A stretch of DNA of 64,000 nucleotides from an uncultured Lachnospiraceae bacterium (GCA_910588955.1 CAJURQ010000010.1:19347-83346), one strand, 5' to 3'. Shown: positions 52,742 through 62,085, counted from the stretch's first letter. Notes: a model not told the origin generated them from the letters alone. Numbers and translations are program-made.

Positions 52742-54391
52742 TTACTTATTTTGAGTATAAACATTTCCCGTTTGATACATTAGATCTGTATCGCGGGCAT
52801 TTCCTGGCTGTATTAACTCAAACATCGGATCGTCTTTCTTGTATTCGTAAATCAAAAACCTCCGGTTTCTGGTGTCTCCTTCCTTCCAATCAAAGAGTTC
52901 GCTGCTTTTCTGTCCGCTTAATAAGCGCTGATATGCTTCCTGTAAATCTACAAAGGAAACCGGCGCATGGGATACTGACAAGTCATGATGTTCATTTACG
53001 CCTTTTACAAAGAAAATAGGATTCTGGCGCATTACTACATCGCTGTCAAGCAAGTCGTCATTATACCCGTGATCCGCCATAATTATGATCACAGAATTAT
53101 CATATACGTTACAGTCTTTAAGCTTATCCAGATACGCGCGGGTGATCGTCAGGCAGGCTCGAAGGCTGCTGTCATAAGTCGCATCTTCAATTTCATTAAC
53201 ATTCTCATCATATAAATATGGTACATGAGCTCCGTCAATATGAATAAACTTAAAACATTTCCGATCTGTATAGCTGATTTCTTCTTCCAATACATTTTCA
53301 TAGAAGGTTTTATTTGAGGTAGTAAATAAAGGAGCTTCTTCCGGCGAGATTTTTAATGTCCGGAAAGCATTAGGATTAATGAAAGCCAGCCTCTTTATGT
53401 CATAAGGGGCATACTTGAAGAACGTCATCAGCATCTGCCATCTTGCAAAAGCCCATGAATCGGTTACGCCCCTTTTGCCGGGGAGAATATTGTCAAACCG
53501 CTCTTTACCGTAATCTTTTAACAAGATTTCCGATGTATAGAGGGACATCTGATATCCCGTTTCTTCCATTGTAGCCAAAAAGGGTGATGACGCGTAAGCA
53601 GCAGCCTCATATTCATCAAAAGCTGTCTCGTTCTCAAACCACTGACCGGTCAGAATAAAGGGTACGGAATGTTTCGTAAAAGGATATGCACCTACCATAT
53701 TGTCGTAGAAGGTAAAGTCATCAAAAATATCGCGGTATGCATCATTGGAATCCAGCAGATTTTCCATCAGCATAGCATCTGTCGCATCTAAAACGAAAAT
53801 AATAAAATTGGTGTCTTCTGACATTTCAAACAGATTTTTTGACGTTACGCCCAGAGTAGGCTTTTTGGTAAAACCGTCATTTTCCAGAGCTAAAGTAAAT
53901 AAGGTCACAAAGAACATCAGCAACATGCATATACTGATCGTTGTGACCAATTTATTGAAATAATTCTCTTTTATTTTTATAAATATCACGGTGACAACCG
54001 CGATGACGCAAACCCATAAAACAATAGATTTTATACGTTCCGCAGTATAAAGGCTCCAGTCTATCTGGCTGCCGTCCAGCGCGGGAAGACCTTTCGCCAG
54101 CCAGTTTCCCTGAATGTAAGAACAGATGAAGGCAATAAAATACAGCAAAAGCAAAAGCCGGTATTTTGAGGTTCCAAACATGCTGACAAGAAGAAACAGG
54201 CTCACACTGCATATTAGCATAATCATGAAAACGGTCAGCATAGGAGGCAGAAGAATATACAGGTCAAACCAGAACTCATCTTGGTTTGTGAGCAGTAATT
54301 CTATCGGCGCGTAGAGGAAAAACATGAAGCACGCTACAATGGATAACCATATACCGCTGCTGATATCATGTATTTTTTCCTTGATTTTCAT
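52742..54391 (-). CDS. LtaS / sulfatase-family (alkaline-phosphatase superfamily) membrane transferase
   Basis: Start placed at the Met of MKIKEKIHD (54391). About 5 N-terminal TM helices, then an ectodomain with FVLDATD and IIIMADHGYN metal-site motifs. Confidence 0.72.
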   Translation of the reverse strand: MKIKEKIHDISSGIWLSIVACFMFFLYAPIELLLTNQDEFWFDLYILLPPMLTVFMIMLICSVSLFLLVSMFGTSKYRLLLLLYFIAFICSYIQGNWLAKGLPALDGSQIDWSLYTAERIKSIVLWVCVIAVVTVIFIKIKENYFNKLVTTISICMLLMFFVTLFTLALENDGFTKKPTLGVTSKNLFEMSEDTNFIIFVLDATDAMLMENLLDSNDAYRDIFDDFTFYDNMVGAYPFTKHSVPFILTGQWFENETAFDEYEAAAYASSPFLATMEETGYQMSLYTSEILLKDYGKERFDNILPGKRGVTDSWAFARWQMLMTFFKYAPYDIKRLAFINPNAFRTLKISPEEAPLFTTSNKTFYENVLEEEISYTDRKCFKFIHIDGAHVPYLYDENVNEIEDATYDSSLRACLTITRAYLDKLKDCNVYDNSVIIIMADHGYNDDLLDSDVVMRQNPIFFVKGVNEHHDLSVSHAPVSFVDLQEAYQRLLSGQKSSELFDWKEGDTRNRRFLIYEYKKDDPMFELIQPGNARDTDLMYQTGNVYTQNK

Positions 54392-54495
54392 ACCCGGTGA
54401 TACCTCTTTTCTTCTCGATTGACCATATAACCATATTTTAACTTTTTGGACAAGTATATCATGATAGGATGGAGTTCGTAAAGATAAAATAGTGG

Positions 54496-54525
54496 TTGAC
54501 AAAACAAAAAAGTACGGCTTAGAAT
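54496..54525 (+). promoter_or_regulatory. sigma-A-like promoter of proS
   Basis: TTGACA (54496-54501), 18 nt, TAGAAT (54520-54525). Confidence 0.5.
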
Positions 54526-54598
54526 AAATCAAAGATTTTGCGAAGGAGAAATGTCAAATATTTCAAATGCGCTGTGCGAAGAAGGAAAGGGAAGAAAA

Positions 54599-56029
54599 AT
54601 GGCGGACAAAAAATTAGTGGAAGCGATCACGGCGATGGAGGACGATTTCGCTCAGTGGTACACGGATGTGGTAAAGAAGGCGGAGCTTTTGGATTATACG
54701 AGCATCAAGGGATGCATGGTGTTTAAGCCGGCGGGCTATGCAATCTGGGAGCTGATTCAGCGGCAGATGGACGACCGTTTTAAAGCGACGGGCGTGGAGA
54801 ATGTGTATTTACCCATGTTTATCCCGGAGAGCCTGTTAAATAAGGAAAAGGATCATGTGGAGGGTTTTGCGCCGGAGGTGGCTTGGGTGACACACGGCGG
54901 TATGCAGCCTTTGCAGGAAAGGCTCTGTGTCAGACCGACCTCCGAAACGCTTTTCTGCGATTATTATAAGAATGTGGTGCAGTCGTACCGCGATCTGCCG
55001 CAGGTGTGCAACCAGTGGTGCTCGGTCGTGCGCTGGGAGAAGGAGACAAGACCATTCCTCCGCAGCCGCGAATTTTTATGGCAGGAGGGGCACACGGCTC
55101 ATGCCACAGCCGAGGAGGCTGAGGAGCGGACGATCCAGATGTTGAACGTCTATGCCGATTTCTGCGAGGAAGTATTGGCGATTCCCGTCATCAAAGGTCG
55201 CAAGACGGACAAGGAAAAATTTGCGGGAGCGATCGCTACCTATACAATCGAGGCATTGATGCATGACGGCAAGGCATTGCAGTCCGGTACCAGCCACAAT
55301 TTCGGCGACGGCTTTGCGAAGGCGTTTGGTATACAGTTTACGGATAAGGACAATACTTTAAAATATGTACACCAGACTTCATGGGGAACGACGACCCGTC
55401 TGATCGGCGCGGTGATCATGGTGCACGGAGACAATTCCGGACTGGTACTGCCGCCTAGGATTGCGCCGACCCAGATTATGATTATACCGATCCAGCAGAA
55501 AAAAGAGGGCGTGCTGGATAAGGCGTATGAATTGAAGGAAAAGCTGGGAGCGTTCCGTGTAAAGGTAGACGATACCGACAAGAGCCCGGGCTGGAAGTTC
55601 TCTGAGCAGGAGATGCGGGGCATTCCGATTCGTGTGGAGATCGGACCGAAAGATATCGAGGCGGGCAAGTGCGTGATCTGCCGCCGGGATACGAGGGAAA
55701 AGATAGAGGTGTCTCTGGATGAGATTGAGACGAAGGCGGGAGAAATTCTGGAGCTGATGCAGAAGGAAATGCTGGAGCGCGCCAGAGCACACAGGGAGGA
55801 GCACACCTACGAGGCGAAAGACATGGACACCTTCCGCAGACTCTTCGCGGAGAAGTCCGGCTTTGTGAAAGCGATGTGGTGCGGCGAGCAGGCATGTGAG
55901 GATAAGATCAAGGAGGAGATGGCTGTTACAAGCCGCTGTATGCCTTTTGAGCAGGAGCAGATCGGCGAGACCTGCGTATGCTGCGGAAAGCCTGCGAAGA
56001 AGATGGTATATTGGGGCAGGGCATATTAA
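54599..56029 (+). CDS. proS: prolyl-tRNA synthetase, archaeal/eukaryote-like short type
   Basis: 476 aa from ATG 54599. Class II motifs, no INS editing-domain-sized insertion, and a C-terminal zinc-binding domain ending ...[18 protein letters not shown]. Confidence 0.9.
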   Translation: MADKKLVEAITAMEDDFAQWYTDVVKKAELLDYTSIKGCMVFKPAGYAIWELIQRQMDDRFKATGVENVYLPMFIPESLLNKEKDHVEGFAPEVAWVTHGGMQPLQERLCVRPTSETLFCDYYKNVVQSYRDLPQVCNQWCSVVRWEKETRPFLRSREFLWQEGHTAHATAEEAEERTIQMLNVYADFCEEVLAIPVIKGRKTDKEKFAGAIATYTIEALMHDGKALQSGTSHNFGDGFAKAFGIQFTDKDNTLKYVHQTSWGTTTRLIGAVIMVHGDNSGLVLPPRIAPTQIMIIPIQQKKEGVLDKAYELKEKLGAFRVKVDDTDKSPGWKFSEQEMRGIPIRVEIGPKDIEAGKCVICRRDTREKIEVSLDEIETKAGEILELMQKEMLERARAHREEHTYEAKDMDTFRRLFAEKSGFVKAMWCGEQACEDKIKEEMAVTSRCMPFEQEQIGETCVCCGKPAKKMVYWGRAY

Positions 56030-56103
56030 TCTTCGGGTTTGCAGACAGCATAGGGCATATTTTTAGGAAACGCCCGAATAGACTGTGCATATAGGAGAGA
56101 AAA

Positions 56104-56544
56104 ATGAGCAGGAAAAAGAGGAAAAAGGGGCTCGTCCCGGTAATCTTTCTGGGGCTGTTGCTGGGGGTCTGCCTTGTTGTGGCGGTCGGCATTGCCAGCG
56201 GAGCACTGACCGGCACGGTCAAACATGCCGTGACAAAGAAAGTTTCCGAGACGGTGATGGAGCAGGCGGTGAAACAGGCGCTTGAGAGTACCGGCGACAC
56301 GCAGGCTGCCGAGAAGGCGAAAGAGATCGTGAACAATATGGACGAAGGCGACAAGCAGAAGGCGGAGGAGATTATCGACCGCTATGCGGACAGCGACACG
56401 CTCTCCGATGTGATGGAGATTGTGGGGGACGGCGTGAATGGCGAATCTTTGTCGGAGGTCAAGGAATATTTGCAGGAAAATGTGTCCGAGCAGGATCAGG
56501 CGGAGTTGGAAGAGTTGTACCGGAAGTACAGTGAGGGATTCTGA
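56104..56544 (+). CDS. membrane-anchored acidic hypothetical protein
   Basis: 146 aa: a basic N-terminus, one TM helix and an acidic helical tail. Confidence 0.5.
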   Translation: MSRKKRKKGLVPVIFLGLLLGVCLVVAVGIASGALTGTVKHAVTKKVSETVMEQAVKQALESTGDTQAAEKAKEIVNNMDEGDKQKAEEIIDRYADSDTLSDVMEIVGDGVNGESLSEVKEYLQENVSEQDQAELEELYRKYSEGF

Positions 56545-56596
56545 GGCGGGCAGGGCAAATGCGCGGCAGGTCACAGGAAAATATTTATAAAAAAAG

Positions 56597-56628
56597 CAGG
56601 AAACTCAGACAAAGGGTTTCCTGTTTTT
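56597..56628 (+). terminator. intrinsic terminator
   Basis: Stem CAGGAAAC / GTTTCCTG, followed by TTTTT. Confidence 0.75.
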
Positions 56629-56650
56629 CATTTCTGCATTCTTAAAAGGG

Positions 56651-56679
56651 TTGACAGGCGTATACCTGATGTGTATGAT
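56651..56679 (+). promoter_or_regulatory. sigma-A promoter of the blaI-like operon
   Basis: TTGACA (56651-56656), 17 nt, TATGAT (56674-56679). The spacer contains a GTATACC half-site. Confidence 0.6.
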
Positions 56680-56689
56680 ACAGTCAAAG

Positions 56690-56707
56690 GGTATACATTC
56701 GTATACC
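56690..56707. promoter_or_regulatory. candidate BlaI/CopY-type operator (perfect 7-4-7 palindrome)
   Basis: GGTATAC-ATTC-GTATACC lies just downstream of the -10 hexamer. A further GTATACC is at 56660-56666. Confidence 0.5.
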
Positions 56708-56805
56708 AAAATATGCCAATCGTATATACATATAAAACAATGGAGTGAAGACAGATCTGCGTATTGCTGTAAAATCAAATAGTTGGCAAATGAAAGGGAG
56801 GAAAA

Positions 56806-57207
56806 ATGGTCAGTTTATCGGATGGGGAATGGAAAATCATGAATCAGCTCTGGGAGCATGAGAGCACAATCACAGAATTGAAAAATGAACTGGGAAAAGA
56901 AACAGGCTGGGATAAGCATATTGTAATCACCATGCTTTCCCGTATGGAAAAGAAGGGGGCGGTTGCCCACAGGGACGGCGGACGTGCCAAAATATTTTAT
57001 CCGCTGGTGACGAGGGAGGAGGTTTCCATGCAGGAAACCCGGGGCTTTTTGCAGAAAGTGTACCGGGGAAGTCTTGGCATGATGGTCAACGCCATGGTGG
57101 AGGATCAGGCGCTGTCCGAGGAGGAGATACAGGAACTTTATGGTATTTTGGAGCAGGCGAGGATAAAAAGAAGGGGAAGTAATGAATGCGGAAACAAGAA
57201 TGAATGA
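56806..57207 (+). CDS. BlaI/MecI/CopY-family transcriptional repressor
   Basis: 133 aa. Penicillinase_R-type winged helix (EWKIMNQLWEH...TITELKNEL...VITMLSRMEKKG). Confidence 0.88.
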   Translation: MVSLSDGEWKIMNQLWEHESTITELKNELGKETGWDKHIVITMLSRMEKKGAVAHRDGGRAKIFYPLVTREEVSMQETRGFLQKVYRGSLGMMVNAMVEDQALSEEEIQELYGILEQARIKRRGSNECGNKNE

Positions 57208-57307
57208 TAGTGAGACGAAAGAAAGAACGTGCAAAATGAAACAACTGTGCAGGACAGTGATAGGCTATGCACGAGGATAAATGCTTTATAATGATGGAGG
57301 ATGATTT

Positions 57308-59911
57308 ATGAAAGAGATACTGATAACATCAACGGTTTTGATTTTGTGTGTCCTGTTAATCCGGCGGGTGTTCCGCGAAAAAATCAGCAGCAGGCTGCAG
57401 TATGCGCTCTGGCTTCTGGTGGCGATCCGACTGATAGTTCCGATTTCTGCGGAGTTTGATCTGGGGTCATTTTCCGATTTTCGGCTGATGGATCTGGTGG
57501 AGAGGGATGATAGCGGCATCGGGGAACGGCTGGATGAGACGATTCGTCTTGAAGAACCCATCCAGATGAGCGTAAATGCAAACAGCGTGTTGTTTCGTCT
57601 GTTTACCACGGATGAGATCAGAGAGTCGATTGAGGGAATGCCGAATGACGGACCGACATCCGTGTTTCTGGCAGGCACGCTGGGTTTTTCAAGATCGGAT
57701 GTGCTCTGGTTTTTCTGGGGGATTGGCGCGCTTATTGTAGGGTCGTGGATCATAATCACGAATATTGTGTTCAGCCGCCGTCTGAGGAAGGCAAGGCAGC
57801 CTTTTGATTTGCCGGAAGAAGTAAAGACAGCGGTTTTGGCGTATCAGACATCTAAAGAAGGCAAGGCGACAGTCGGCGTGCAAAGTGAAGAGGATTCGCA
57901 GGGAAGAAAGAAACGCAGCCGCATTTCGAGGAGAAAAGACCGTCTGCCCGCAATCTATCTGGCGGAAGGCATTTCTTCGCCCTGCCTGTACGGATTTCCG
58001 GGGAGGGAGGCGGTTTATCTGACGGCGGATGTAACAGATGATGCAGACCGGCTGCGGCATGTAATTGTCCACGAGCTTGTCCATAAAAAACACGGGGACA
58101 GTTTCTGGGCGCTTCTTCGGGGTGTTTTGGTGACGGTATACTGGTTTCATCCGCTGGTATGGGTGGCGGCGGTCTGCTCCAAGCGCGACTGCGAACTGGC
58201 ATGTGACGAGGGAGCGCTTATACTGCTCGGTGAGGAAGAGCGGATTTCTTACGGGGAGACGCTGCTTTCTATCATTACAAGAAAAGGGCGGGCTTCCGAT
58301 TTGGTATGCACTGCCACGACTATGACCGGAAGCGGAAAAAGTGTGAAGGAGCGGATTCGCTTTATCGCAAAGGAGCCGAAGGTTATCTACGCGGCGGTGG
58401 CGGGCGCGCTTTTCCTGATTGCGGCTGTATGCCTCTTTGTCTTTACAAAAGACGCCCGATTCCGGGGGACAACGGTGGACGCGAAGGAAGGGCTTACGGT
58501 TACGGGCGCGGATATGCAGATACCGCTGCCCGCAAGTATCGGCGGCATCAGTGGCTGTGTGGTGGAAAAGAAAACGGACGAGGTTATCATCTATCATGTT
58601 GCCGCGCAGGAGGAGGTGGGCAGGTTTTCAAGAATACCGATTAAGGATGCGCTGGGGCTGGTGGACGAGGGGCGGGAGGTTGTGTCGATTGGAGACAGGG
58701 GCTGCAATTACTTTTTGCGGATTTATCTGGGAGAGCCATTGACGAGGACGGAGCATCGTTATTTCCCTTCAGGGGAAGGTTCCGGCGTTTTAAAACATGA
58801 GGACATTTATTTTCCGGAGGAGGACATTTTAAAACACGAGGACACGATAGAGGCTGTGCCCGGAACAGATGAAAATCCGATGCTAAGCAAGGACTGGGAA
58901 GTGATTCCGCTGGAGGAGGAAGAGGAGGATAAGACGGATTATCTGCCCAACGAACAAATCGTCGTCATGGATCCGGTGGATCCGGCGGCGTACGAGAAGT
59001 CCACAATGCATACCTATACGCCTGCGGGAGAAGAGGACGCGCGTACCACCTATACACCGTCGGAGGATGCCGGGACAGGCAACGGGATTTCGGAGGGCGT
59101 ATCTGGCACCGACAGTAACGGGGCGGCAGGCGTGCCCGGCACAGACAGTAACGATGACGACACCACTTATATCGTAGATGAAGATGATACGACATATATT
59201 ATAGATGATAACACTGCCCGTACAGCGGAAACACGGGAGGAAGTCTCGGTAGACTATCTGCCGGACGAGGAGATTACGACGACGGTTTATCCGCCGAGTG
59301 AGATCAATATAGACAGACTTGATAACAGGTGTTACGTTTATATCAGAGCGGAGTATGACAATAAGGTAAAAGAGAAATATCGGGATGAGATGGCGTTTAT
59401 TGACAGCGAGTTAAAAGCGGCGGCGAATCGGGTGATTATTTTAAGTCTGAACCGGGAGCGGCGGGAGGCGTTGTTTGACACGCTGTGTGAAAACCGCACG
59501 CCCTATGTGGGGGACAACGCCAAGGTGGGTGCGCTGATCGATGCCCTGCCCCTGCCGTCCACGTTGAACCGCTCGGGAGGCTTTTCCCTGCAGACGCTGG
59601 AAGAACCTTATTCCCTGCGGGTTGATTACGAAATGAGTATGGATTATTTTACACAGGAAGATCAGGATATGTTATATTTTAATGCAGCGATGTTGTTTTA
59701 CTCGATCGGGAATGTGCAGGAGATTTCTTCGGAAATAAAACATCCGTCCGGGGAAGGTTCCGAGATGAAGGTCTATTACCGGGAAAAGATGGAAAAGGAG
59801 ATTCCCATATTGCAGAATGCGAATTTTGAGGACGAAAAGACTTTCCGGGACGGGCTGCCCAAGCTGCAGACGGCGGTGGAGACACATCTCAAGGCGGCGT
59901 CCGGCGAGTAA
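57308..59911 (+). CDS. BlaR1/MecR1-like M56 metallopeptidase signal transducer with a long non-PBP C-terminal region
   Basis: 867 aa. HELVHKKHGD (HExxH) within a TM region. The C-terminus contains NRTPYVGDNAKVGALIDALPLP, which I recognise as DUF4825-like. I see no SxxK penicillin-binding motif. Confidence 0.8.
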   Translation: MKEILITSTVLILCVLLIRRVFREKISSRLQYALWLLVAIRLIVPISAEFDLGSFSDFRLMDLVERDDSGIGERLDETIRLEEPIQMSVNANSVLFRLFTTDEIRESIEGMPNDGPTSVFLAGTLGFSRSDVLWFFWGIGALIVGSWIIITNIVFSRRLRKARQPFDLPEEVKTAVLAYQTSKEGKATVGVQSEEDSQGRKKRSRISRRKDRLPAIYLAEGISSPCLYGFPGREAVYLTADVTDDADRLRHVIVHELVHKKHGDSFWALLRGVLVTVYWFHPLVWVAAVCSKRDCELACDEGALILLGEEERISYGETLLSIITRKGRASDLVCTATTMTGSGKSVKERIRFIAKEPKVIYAAVAGALFLIAAVCLFVFTKDARFRGTTVDAKEGLTVTGADMQIPLPASIGGISGCVVEKKTDEVIIYHVAAQEEVGRFSRIPIKDALGLVDEGREVVSIGDRGCNYFLRIYLGEPLTRTEHRYFPSGEGSGVLKHEDIYFPEEDILKHEDTIEAVPGTDENPMLSKDWEVIPLEEEEEDKTDYLPNEQIVVMDPVDPAAYEKSTMHTYTPAGEEDARTTYTPSEDAGTGNGISEGVSGTDSNGAAGVPGTDSNDDDTTYIVDEDDTTYIIDDNTARTAETREEVSVDYLPDEEITTTVYPPSEINIDRLDNRCYVYIRAEYDNKVKEKYRDEMAFIDSELKAAANRVIILSLNRERREALFDTLCENRTPYVGDNAKVGALIDALPLPSTLNRSGGFSLQTLEEPYSLRVDYEMSMDYFTQEDQDMLYFNAAMLFYSIGNVQEISSEIKHPSGEGSEMKVYYREKMEKEIPILQNANFEDEKTFRDGLPKLQTAVETHLKAASGE

Positions 59912-60024
59912 AAATAAAAAAATATTAAGAATTATGTAACTTTTTTCTTAAGTTCCCCGTTTTATGATATAGAACGTAGAAGACGGTCGATTTTTAGAGA
60001 AATTTTAAAGATTGACGTACTACA

Positions 60025-60098
60025 ATAGAGTGAAAAGAACTTCTAAAGCTCGACAGCAAAGGCTGTCTCGTTAAGAAGTACAAAAGAGGGGGAACAGC
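60025..60098 (+). promoter_or_regulatory. conserved leader / operator element, copy B (upstream of the amidase)
   Basis: ATAGAGTGAAAAGAACTTCTAAAGCTCGACAGCAAAGGCTGTCTCGTTAAGAAGTAC directly follows TACAAT (60021-60026). It is homologous to 40175-40232. Confidence 0.45.
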
Positions 60099-61076
60099 AT
60101 GGGACAGGCACAACGGAGCGACAGAAGAGGTTCCGACGACAGGATCAGAGTCATAGCGGGAAACGGTTCGCGAAGCAGCGCGGGAGAGCGTGCGAGACGG
60201 CGCGGTACAGAAAGGGGCGGACTGGAAGGTCTGGAACTGTGGGAAATATCCAGAGACAACGACAATTCCCGCATGATGCGGCTGGCGGACCGCGAACAGG
60301 TTCGCTTGGGACAGGGGCGACCCCGCCCGAGAACACAGCCTAACCGTCGAAACACGGGCAATCCCCGCCCGGTCAGTTCCATCAAACGGCGCAGAGCGAG
60401 AAAGCGGCGGCTGAACCTTTACCGCATTTTTGTATTTCTTATGATCGGCGTGTGCCTGATACTGATTTACCAGACGACCGGTGCGATTTACCGCATGGTG
60501 CACAATGACAAAACCGGCAAAGGTAAGGGAATTGTGGAGGTCGTATCCGAGAAGATCGAGGCGAACCGGATTCAGCCGCCGGCGATTACGGCGGACTATC
60601 TGGAGCCGAATGAGTTCTCCAGACCCGGCACGAAGTTGAAAAAGATCAAGAGTGTCTTTGTGCATTATACCGCGAATCCGGGCACTTCGGCTGCGCAGAA
60701 CCGCAGTTATTTTGCCAATTTGGCAGAGACGCAGGAGCGGTCGGCAAGCGCGCATTTTATTATAGGCTACGAGGGTGAGCTGATCCAGTGTATTCCGCTG
60801 GAGGAGCAGGCTTATGCTGTGGCGACCAGAAATGCGGATTCGGTTTCTATAGAGTGCTGTTATCTGGATGAGGACGGAAAGTTTACGCAGGAGACATACG
60901 ATACTTTGGTACATACGCTCGCATGGCTGACGCAGGAGTATCATCTGTCTGCGGACGATATTCTGCGGCATTATGACTGCGGCGGCAAGAAGTGTCCGCT
61001 CTACTATGTGGAGCATGAGGACGCGTGGGAGCAGCTGCTTGCGGATGTGGAAAGCTATAAGCCAGAGACGGATTGA
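60099..61076 (+). CDS. N-acetylmuramoyl-L-alanine amidase (Amidase_2 / PGRP fold) with an Arg-rich cytoplasmic N-terminus and one TM helix
   Basis: 325 aa. TM helix IFVFLMIGVCLILIY. Catalytic domain VFVHYTANPGTSAAQNRSYF...SAHFIIG...KCPLYY. Confidence 0.85.
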   Translation: MGQAQRSDRRGSDDRIRVIAGNGSRSSAGERARRRGTERGGLEGLELWEISRDNDNSRMMRLADREQVRLGQGRPRPRTQPNRRNTGNPRPVSSIKRRRARKRRLNLYRIFVFLMIGVCLILIYQTTGAIYRMVHNDKTGKGKGIVEVVSEKIEANRIQPPAITADYLEPNEFSRPGTKLKKIKSVFVHYTANPGTSAAQNRSYFANLAETQERSASAHFIIGYEGELIQCIPLEEQAYAVATRNADSVSIECCYLDEDGKFTQETYDTLVHTLAWLTQEYHLSADDILRHYDCGGKKCPLYYVEHEDAWEQLLADVESYKPETD

Positions 61077-61182
61077 TTTGTTTGACAGACGATTTCACGG
61101 CGTGCTATGATCGAATTGACGGATGTGTTGACTGCGGGGGAAAGCGCGTGGTGATTTGACGCGATAACAGGAAAGAGCAGCG

Positions 61183-62085
61183 ATGGAAAAAGCATATAAA
61201 TTGGAATTTGCAGGGGAACAGACGGGCAGTCTCTACGTGAACTGCTGCGGACTTTCCCGGACAGAGCCGATGCACAGTTTCGGACCGGCGTTAAAGCCCC
61301 ATTACCTGATTCACTATATTTTGAGCGGCAAGGGGAAGTTTTCAATCGGCGGGGAGGAATATCCGCTGGAAGCGGGATACGGCTTTCTGATCACGCCGGA
61401 CGAATTGGCATTTTATCAGGCGGACGAGGAGGAGCCGTGGACGTATGTGTGGGTTGGCTTCAGCGGCACGCAGGCGGCGGAGTATGTGGGCAATATCGGT
61501 CTGTCCGTAAGGCAGCCGATTTTTAAGTCTGAGGCATCGGAGGAGCTTTACCGGATCGTGAAGGATATGATGGAGCATAATACATACGGGCTGTCCCACG
61601 ATCTGCGGCGAAACGGGCAGCTTGGCATTTTTCTGTCGATCATAGCCGAGGGCAGCAGGGTAGAGAAACACAGCGAGGACGACAAGGCGAATATTTATGT
61701 ACGCAAGGCGGTTTCCTTTATTCAGAATAATTACTGCAATCCCATCAAAGTGACGGATGTGGCGGATTATGTCTGCATCAACAGAAGTTATCTCTATACG
61801 CTGTTCCAAAATTCCATAGGCATGTCTCCCCAGCAGTTTTTGACTACGTTTCGCATTACAAAGGCGACGGAGCTTTTGCAGCTCACGTCTCTTCCGATTG
61901 AGAGTATCGCCCTGTCGTGCGGGTATCATGACCCGTTGGTATTTACAAAGGCATTCCGGCAGATGAAACAGATGTCGCCCACCGGCTTCCGAAAGGAGAT
62001 GCAGAAAGGAGAGACGAGGCGGAACCGGGAATATCTGCGGCAGGTGGAGGAATTTATCGGGCAGATTAACAGTTTGAACCAATAA
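61183..62085 (+). CDS. AraC family transcriptional regulator
   Basis: 300 aa. Cupin N-terminus and C-terminal HTH (IESIALSCGYHDPLVFTKAFR). It lies upstream of galK-galT. Confidence 0.85.
   Translation: MEKAYKLEFAGEQTGSLYVNCCGLSRTEPMHSFGPALKPHYLIHYILSGKGKFSIGGEEYPLEAGYGFLITPDELAFYQADEEEPWTYVWVGFSGTQAAEYVGNIGLSVRQPIFKSEASEELYRIVKDMMEHNTYGLSHDLRRNGQLGIFLSIIAEGSRVEKHSEDDKANIYVRKAVSFIQNNYCNPIKVTDVADYVCINRSYLYTLFQNSIGMSPQQFLTTFRITKATELLQLTSLPIESIALSCGYHDPLVFTKAFRQMKQMSPTGFRKEMQKGETRRNREYLRQVEEFIGQINSLNQ

Noticed and set aside
54392-54598. T-box leader upstream of proS.
   Set aside because: The distance from the promoter-like TTGACA-18-TAGAAT to the ATG is about 70 nt. I find no specifier-loop or T-box (AATTAGGGTGGTACCGCG-like) sequence. 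That is too short for a T-box riboswitch.
60001-60098. c-di-AMP (ydaO-type) riboswitch in front of the amidase gene.
   Set aside because: The leader is only about 70 nt and lacks the pseudo-two-fold ~130-nt architecture. The association with cell-wall hydrolases alone is not evidence.
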